From the NCBI GenBank assembly GCA_963796055.1, contig CAWCKH010000004.1, positions 2,432,001 to 2,496,000 of the forward strand: a stretch of 64,000 bases of DNA. Direction: 5' to 3'. A program made the translations under genes and the position numbers. Position 1 is the first letter of the stretch; each line of letters opens with the position of its first letter. Origin of the DNA: an uncultured delta proteobacterium. Its GTDB lineage: Bacteria; Myxococcota; Myxococcia; Myxococcales; Myxococcaceae. This document shows positions 59,091 through 64,000 of this stretch, piece after piece. The notes beneath the pieces were generated by a model, which saw only the letters and a program-made list of their open reading frames with translations, searched no databases and was not told the DNA's origin.

Positions 59091-60455
59091 GTGGACCTCC
59101 GGGACCGGACGGTGTCGGTGCTGGGAGCGGGCAAGAGCGGGCTCGCCGCGTCCCAGCTGCTGCTGTCGCGCGGCGCCCGGGTGACGCTCTGGGACGAGCG
59201 GCCAGCGGCATCTCTCGGGGCGGAGGGCCTCGGCGCGCGGGGCGTGGCCGTCCGCGGAGGCGCTCCGCTGGACGCCGCCGATCTCGACCGGCCAGACCTG
59301 GTGGTGGTGAGCCCGGGAGTGCCGCTGGGGCTTCCATCCATCGTCCGCGCCCGCCAGGAGGGCGTCCCGGTCTGGGGGGAGATCGAGCTCGCCGCGCGAT
59401 TCCTCCCGCCCGGCGCGGCGGTGCTCGGCGTCACCGGCACCAACGGCAAGAGCACCACCACCGCCCTCCTCGGCGCCCTGTGCGAGGCGGGAGGGCTCCA
59501 GCCCTTCGTCGGCGGCAACCTCGGGACTCCGCTCTCCCGGGCAGCGCTCGAGGCGCCGCGGCGCACCTACGCGCTCGAGCTGTCCAGCTTCCAGCTCGAG
59601 GGGATGGACACCGTCCGTGTCCACGCCGCCGCGGTGCTGAACCTCACCCCCGACCACCTCGACCGTTACCCGGCGATGGAGGACTACGCCCGGGCCAAGG
59701 CGCGCATCTTCCAGAGCCAGGAGCCCGCCGACGTGGCGGTGGTGAACGCCGACGACCCCTGGGCAGCGGCGATGCTCAGCGGCGCCCGTGCGCGGCGCTT
59801 CGGCTTCACGCTCCGGCCAGGCCTCTCCCCGCCCGCGGGAGTGGTCGGGCTGGCCGAGCCGATCGCGGGCGGGTTCCAGCTCGGCTTCGCCGGCCTGCGC
59901 CTCCGGCTCGCCAACCGCGCGCTCCGGGGCGGCCACAACCTGGCCAACGCGATGGCCGCCACGCTCCTCGCCTTCCACGCCGGGGTCGGTCCCGAGGCGC
60001 TGCAGATCGGCCTGGACACCTTCCCCGGGCTTCCACACCGGCTGGAGTCGATCCGGACGCTCGACGGGGTCGAGTGGATCAACGACTCGAAGGCCACCAA
60101 CGTGGACGCGGTCCTCACCGCCCTCGCCGCGTTCCCTCCGGGGCAGCGGCTGTGGCTGATCGCCGGCGGGAAGGGGAAGGGCGCGCCCTACGCCCCCCTG
60201 GTGGAGGCCTCGGTCGGAAAAGTCGCGGGGGTGCTCACGGTTGGGCAGGATGCCCCTCTCCTCGAATCGGAGTTCTTCGCCGTGCTCCCTGTCCACGCCT
60301 GCGAGACGCTCGAGCGCGCCGTCGCCCGCGCGCGGGTCGTCGCCCGCCCGGGGGACGTGGTCCTGCTCTCGCCGGCCTGCGCTTCCTACGACCAGTACAA
60401 GAACTTCGAGCACCGCGGCGACACCTTCCGCGCGCTGGTGGAGGCGCTCACGTGA
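59091..60455 (+). CDS. murD: UDP-MurNAc-L-Ala-D-Glu ligase
   Basis: GAGKSG, TGTNGKSTT, ELSSFQL, NDSKATN and SPACASYDQY motifs. Confidence 0.97.
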   Translation: MDLRDRTVSVLGAGKSGLAASQLLLSRGARVTLWDERPAASLGAEGLGARGVAVRGGAPLDAADLDRPDLVVVSPGVPLGLPSIVRARQEGVPVWGEIELAARFLPPGAAVLGVTGTNGKSTTTALLGALCEAGGLQPFVGGNLGTPLSRAALEAPRRTYALELSSFQLEGMDTVRVHAAAVLNLTPDHLDRYPAMEDYARAKARIFQSQEPADVAVVNADDPWAAAMLSGARARRFGFTLRPGLSPPAGVVGLAEPIAGGFQLGFAGLRLRLANRALRGGHNLANAMAATLLAFHAGVGPEALQIGLDTFPGLPHRLESIRTLDGVEWINDSKATNVDAVLTALAAFPPGQRLWLIAGGKGKGAPYAPLVEASVGKVAGVLTVGQDAPLLESEFFAVLPVHACETLERAVARARVVARPGDVVLLSPACASYDQYKNFEHRGDTFRALVEALT

Positions 60456-61655
60456 CCTCGCGCCGGAACACGCCGCCGTCGCCGGCGCTGCCCGACGGCC
60501 GCTCCGAGCCGGTCCGGGTGGCCGTCGATCCGGTGCTGCTCGGGGCGGTGCTGGCCCTCGTCTCGCTCGGGCTGGTGATGGTGTACTCGGCGAGCGCGGT
60601 GACCGCGGCCGAGAAGCAGGGCAACGGATTCTACTTCCTCGAGCGGCAGGTGCTCGCCGCCGGGGTGGGGCTGGTGGTGATGGCTGCGGCCGTCCGGGTG
60701 GGCTACCGGCGGCTCGCCCGGCTGGCCTACCCGATGCTGCTGCTGAGCATCGTGCTCCTGGTGCTGGTGCTCGATCCCAGGCGTGGGAACCATGGTGGGC
60801 GGCGCACGGCGGTGGCTGCGGCTGCCGGGACTCAGCCTCCAGCCGGCGGAGATCGCCAAGTTCACCTGGGTGGTGTACCTGGCGTACTCGCTGGCAAAGA
60901 AGCGGGAAAAGGTGGCCACGTTCTCCATCGGGTTCCTGCCGCATCTGCTGCTCGCCGGGCTGCTGGTGGCCCTGTGCATGGCCGAGCCCGACTTCGGCAG
61001 CTCGGTGGAGCTGCTGGTGCTGCTCTTCATCCTCCTCTTCGCCGCGGGCACCCGGCTCTCGTACCTGGTGGGCTCGGTGCTGCTGGCCCTGCCGCTCGCC
61101 TACGGCGCCATCGCCCACTCGCCGTACCGGCTGAAGCGCATCACCGCCTTCCTCGACCCGTGGGCGCACCGGCACGACATCGGGTATCAGGTGGCGCAGT
61201 CGCTCATCTCGGTGGGCTCGGGCGGCGTCTTCGGGCTCGGCCTGGGCGAGAGCCGCCAGAAGCTGTTCTTCCTCCCCGAGGCGCACACCGACTTCATCTT
61301 CAGCATCATCGGCGAGGAGCTGGGCCTCCTCGGCGCGGTGGCCACCATCGTCCTCTACGGCATCGTGGTCTGGCGGGGGACGCGGGCGGCGCTCCGGGCC
61401 AGCGAGACCTTCGGCACCTACCTCGGCCTGGGGCTGACCGCGATGCTCGGCTTCCAGGCCGCGGTGAACATGAGCGTGGCGATGGGAATGCTGCCCACCA
61501 AGGGGCTGACCTTGCCCTTCGTCTCCTATGGCGGCTGCTCGCTGGTCATCTCCATGGCCGCCGCCGGCGTGCTCCTGTCGCTGAGCGCCTCGTCCGCGCC
61601 GTTGCGCAATCCCGGGTCCTCGCGTGTTCGCCGCATGCAGGAGGCGCTTGCGTGA
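60452..61655 (+). CDS. ftsW: SEDS peptidoglycan polymerase FtsW; apparent +1 frameshift near 60773
   Basis: GLVMVYSAS is in one frame; GARRW, QPAEIAK, EPDFG, LPEAHTDFIF and LPFVSYGG are in the next. Confidence 0.95.
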
Positions 61656-62767
61656 GGATGCTGATCGCCGGCGGCGGGACTGGAGGGCATCTGTTTCCCG
61701 GCATCGCCCTGGCGGAGGAGGTCACCACCCGGCATCCGGACAACCGGGTGCTCTTCGTGGGCACCACCCGTGGGCTCGAGGCGCGGGTGGTCCCCGCGGC
61801 GGGCTTCCAGCTGGAGACAATCCAGGTGCGCGGATTGAAGGGGATGGGGCTCCTCCGGAGCCTCCAGGCCCTCCTCCTGCTCCCCTTCTCCTTCCTCGAC
61901 AGCTGGCGCATCGTCGGCCGCTTCCGGCCGGACGTGGTGGTGGGCGTGGGCGGCTATGCCTCCGGCCCGGTGGTGCTCGCCGCGTGGATGCGCGGGATCG
62001 CCACCGCGATCCAGGAGCAGAATGCGCTGCCGGGTTTCACCAACCGGGTACTGGGGCGGCTCGTCCGCGCGGTGTTCATCGCCTTCGAGCAGGCGCGCGC
62101 CGCGTTTCCGCCCCGGAAGACGTTCCTGGTGGGCAATCCAGTCCGACGCAAGCTGATGGACAACTACCTCCGCAGCCGACCCACGGTGTCCGACGGGCGC
62201 TTCCGGCTGCTGGTGGTCGGTGGTTCGCTGGGGGCCCGGGGGCTGAACACCCGGATGCTGGAGGCGCTGCCGCACCTCGGGGACCTTGGTGAGCGGATCG
62301 ACATCGTGCACCAGACCGGAATGGCGGATCTGGAGAGGGTGAAGGCGCTCTATGCCGCCGCGGGGGTGGCCGCGGAGGTGGTGCCCTTCGTCGACGACAT
62401 GTCCGCCGCCTACGCCCGTGCGTCCCTGGTGCTCTGCCGCGCAGGGGCGACGACGGTGGCCGAGCTGACCATCTGCAAGAAGGCGTCGATCCTCGTTCCC
62501 TTCCCCTTTGCCACCGGGGACCACCAAGCGATCAACGCCACGGCGCTGGTGGAGGCCGGGGCGGCGCTGATGTTCCGCGAGGCGGAGCTCACCGGCGAGA
62601 TGCTGGCCAGGGAGCTCCGGCGGCTGGCGGGCGAGCCGGAGACGCTACAGCGGATGGAGCGCGCGGCAGGCCACCTCGGCCGGCCGGAGGCCGCGCGCGA
62701 GCTGGTGGACCTCTGCGCCGAGCTGATGGGCCCACCCGCGGGCCGCGGGCAGGTGGTCCCCCGATGA
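61652..62767 (+). CDS. murG: Lipid II GlcNAc transferase MurG
   Basis: GGGTGGH, GGYAS, EQN, GNPVR, GGSLGA and RAGATT motifs. Confidence 0.97.
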   Translation: MRMLIAGGGTGGHLFPGIALAEEVTTRHPDNRVLFVGTTRGLEARVVPAAGFQLETIQVRGLKGMGLLRSLQALLLLPFSFLDSWRIVGRFRPDVVVGVGGYASGPVVLAAWMRGIATAIQEQNALPGFTNRVLGRLVRAVFIAFEQARAAFPPRKTFLVGNPVRRKLMDNYLRSRPTVSDGRFRLLVVGGSLGARGLNTRMLEALPHLGDLGERIDIVHQTGMADLERVKALYAAAGVAAEVVPFVDDMSAAYARASLVLCRAGATTVAELTICKKASILVPFPFATGDHQAINATALVEAGAALMFREAELTGEMLARELRRLAGEPETLQRMERAAGHLGRPEAARELVDLCAELMGPPAGRGQVVPR

Positions 62768-64000
62768 CCCGGCGCGCGCCGGTGGTGAGCCTCTTCAAGA
62801 CCCGTCACGCGGCGCGGGTGCACTTCGTGGGCATCGGCGGAATCGGGATGAGCGGCATCGCCGAGGTGCTGATCAACCTTGGGTACCGGATCAGCGGCTC
62901 GGACCTGCGCGAATCCGAGACCACGCGGCGCCTCCAGCGCCTGGGGGCGAGGCTGGAGATCGGCCACCGTGAGGAGAACCTGGTTCACGCCGACGTGGTG
63001 GTCATCTCCTCGGCGATCCGGCGGGACAACCCCGAGGTGCTCGCCGCGCAGGCGCGGAAGATCCCGGTCATTCCCCGGGCCGAGATGCTGGCCGAGCTGA
63101 TGCGGCTCAAGTACGCGGTCGCCGTCGCCGGCAGCCACGGGAAGACCACCACCACCTCGATGGTGGCCACGGTGATGAACGCCGCCGGTCTGGACCCCAC
63201 CGCGGTGGTGGGGGGCAAGGTCAACGTGCTGGGCAGCAATGCCAAGCTGGGCAAGTCGGATCTCATGGTGGTGGAGGCCGACGAGTCCGATGGGAGCTTC
63301 CTCAAGCTTCACCCCAGCATCGCGGTGGTGACCAACATCGACCCCGAGCACCTGGACCACTTCGGGAGCCTGGAGGCGCTCCGGAACGCCTTCGTCGAGT
63401 TTTGCAACCGGGTCCCTTTCTACGGGCTCAACGTGCTGTGTCTCGATCACCCGAACGTGCAGGCGCTGCTGCCACAGATCGGCAAGCGGGTCGTGACCTA
63501 CGGGAGCTCCCACACCGCGGACTACCGGCTGGAGGGCGTGACGCTCGACGGGTTCTCCACCCGGTTCCACGCCTTCCGCCACGAGCAGGCGCTCGGCGAG
63601 TTCACGGTACGGATGGTGGGCGCCCACAACGCGATGAACGCGCTGGCGGTCATTGCGGTCGCCGAGGAGATGGAGATTCCACTGTCCGTCGTTCGCCCGG
63701 CGCTGGCCGAATTTGCGGGCGTCCAGAGGCGGTTCACGGTGCGGGGCGAGGCGCGGGGCATCATGGTGGTGGACGACTACGGGCACCACCCCGCCGAGGT
63801 GATGGCCACGCTGGCGGGCGCGCGCCGGGCCTTCGGTCGGCGGCTGGTGGTGATCTTCCAGCCGCACCGGTACACGCGCACTCGCGATCTCCTGTCCGAG
63901 TTCGCCACCGCCTTCAACGACGCCGACGCCCTCGTGGTGCTCGGCATCTACGCGGCGAGCGAGGACCCCATCCCGGGCATCTCGGGGGACGCGCTGGCCC
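62764..64000 (+). CDS. murC: UDP-MurNAc-L-Ala ligase, truncated by the window edge
   Basis: Manual translation shows [39 protein letters not shown] and FQPHRY. Confidence 0.97.
   Translation, partial: MTRRAPVVSLFKTRHAARVHFVGIGGIGMSGIAEVLINLGYRISGSDLRESETTRRLQRLGARLEIGHREENLVHADVVVISSAIRRDNPEVLAAQARKIPVIPRAEMLAELMRLKYAVAVAGSHGKTTTTSMVATVMNAAGLDPTAVVGGKVNVLGSNAKLGKSDLMVVEADESDGSFLKLHPSIAVVTNIDPEHLDHFGSLEALRNAFVEFCNRVPFYGLNVLCLDHPNVQALLPQIGKRVVTYGSSHTADYRLEGVTLDGFSTRFHAFRHEQALGEFTVRMVGAHNAMNALAVIAVAEEMEIPLSVVRPALAEFAGVQRRFTVRGEARGIMVVDDYGHHPAEVMATLAGARRAFGRRLVVIFQPHRYTRTRDLLSEFATAFNDADALVVLGIYAASEDPIPGISGDALA

Noticed and set aside
60760..60790. Programmed frameshifting in ftsW or rsmH
   Set aside because: No slippery heptamer or stimulatory structure is evident, and similar indels are scattered across unrelated genes.
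56316..61286. Very long antisense or alternate-frame ORFs (e.g. 1656 aa here, 45613-49167, 41641-44490, 5161-7293)
   Set aside because: They are shadow ORFs overlapping well-supported genes. Stop codons are rare at this GC content and the translations have no recognisable motifs.
58673..62767. 1364-aa apparent FtsW-MurG fusion in the ORF track
   Set aside because: An artefact of a long stop-free frame plus the ftsW frameshift; murG has its own RBS and GTG at 61652.

Overview
Very GC-rich chromosomal segment from a myxobacterium (Myxococcota), judged from the carD-carG pair, a tandem PilZ protein, a Ser/Thr kinase, a Cys-rich repeat lipoprotein and a STAS gene inside the dcw cluster. Housekeeping genes flank the window: HU/IHF, yihY, rne/rng, acyP, ligA and rho on the left, mraZ to murC on the right. 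Between them lie several accessory modules. The most interesting is 12.2-21.8 kb: an ECF sigma factor with its own C-terminal zinc-binding anti-sigma-like domain, a DUF2892 membrane protein, two Zn-finger thioredoxins, an acyl-CoA ligase and a TolC-MFP-RND pump. Three of these transcription units carry the same identically spaced promoter-like motif, GAAYC-N16-GGCTCTCA, which suggests a self-contained thiol/sulfur-stress regulon. Other modules are a gamma-glutamylation catabolic trio, a beta-propeller/OMP/TPR-LuxR/flavin monooxygenase block, an H1-tail CarD with CarG, an orphan AT-rich operator pair, and an ECF/anti-sigma/DUF1800/DUF1501 operon with the Tat signal on the unusual partner. At least five single-base frameshifts, one in essential ftsW, are most likely sequencing or assembly errors. 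I saw no rRNA, tRNA, CRISPR array or transposase. All family assignments are from motif recognition by eye, not database searches.
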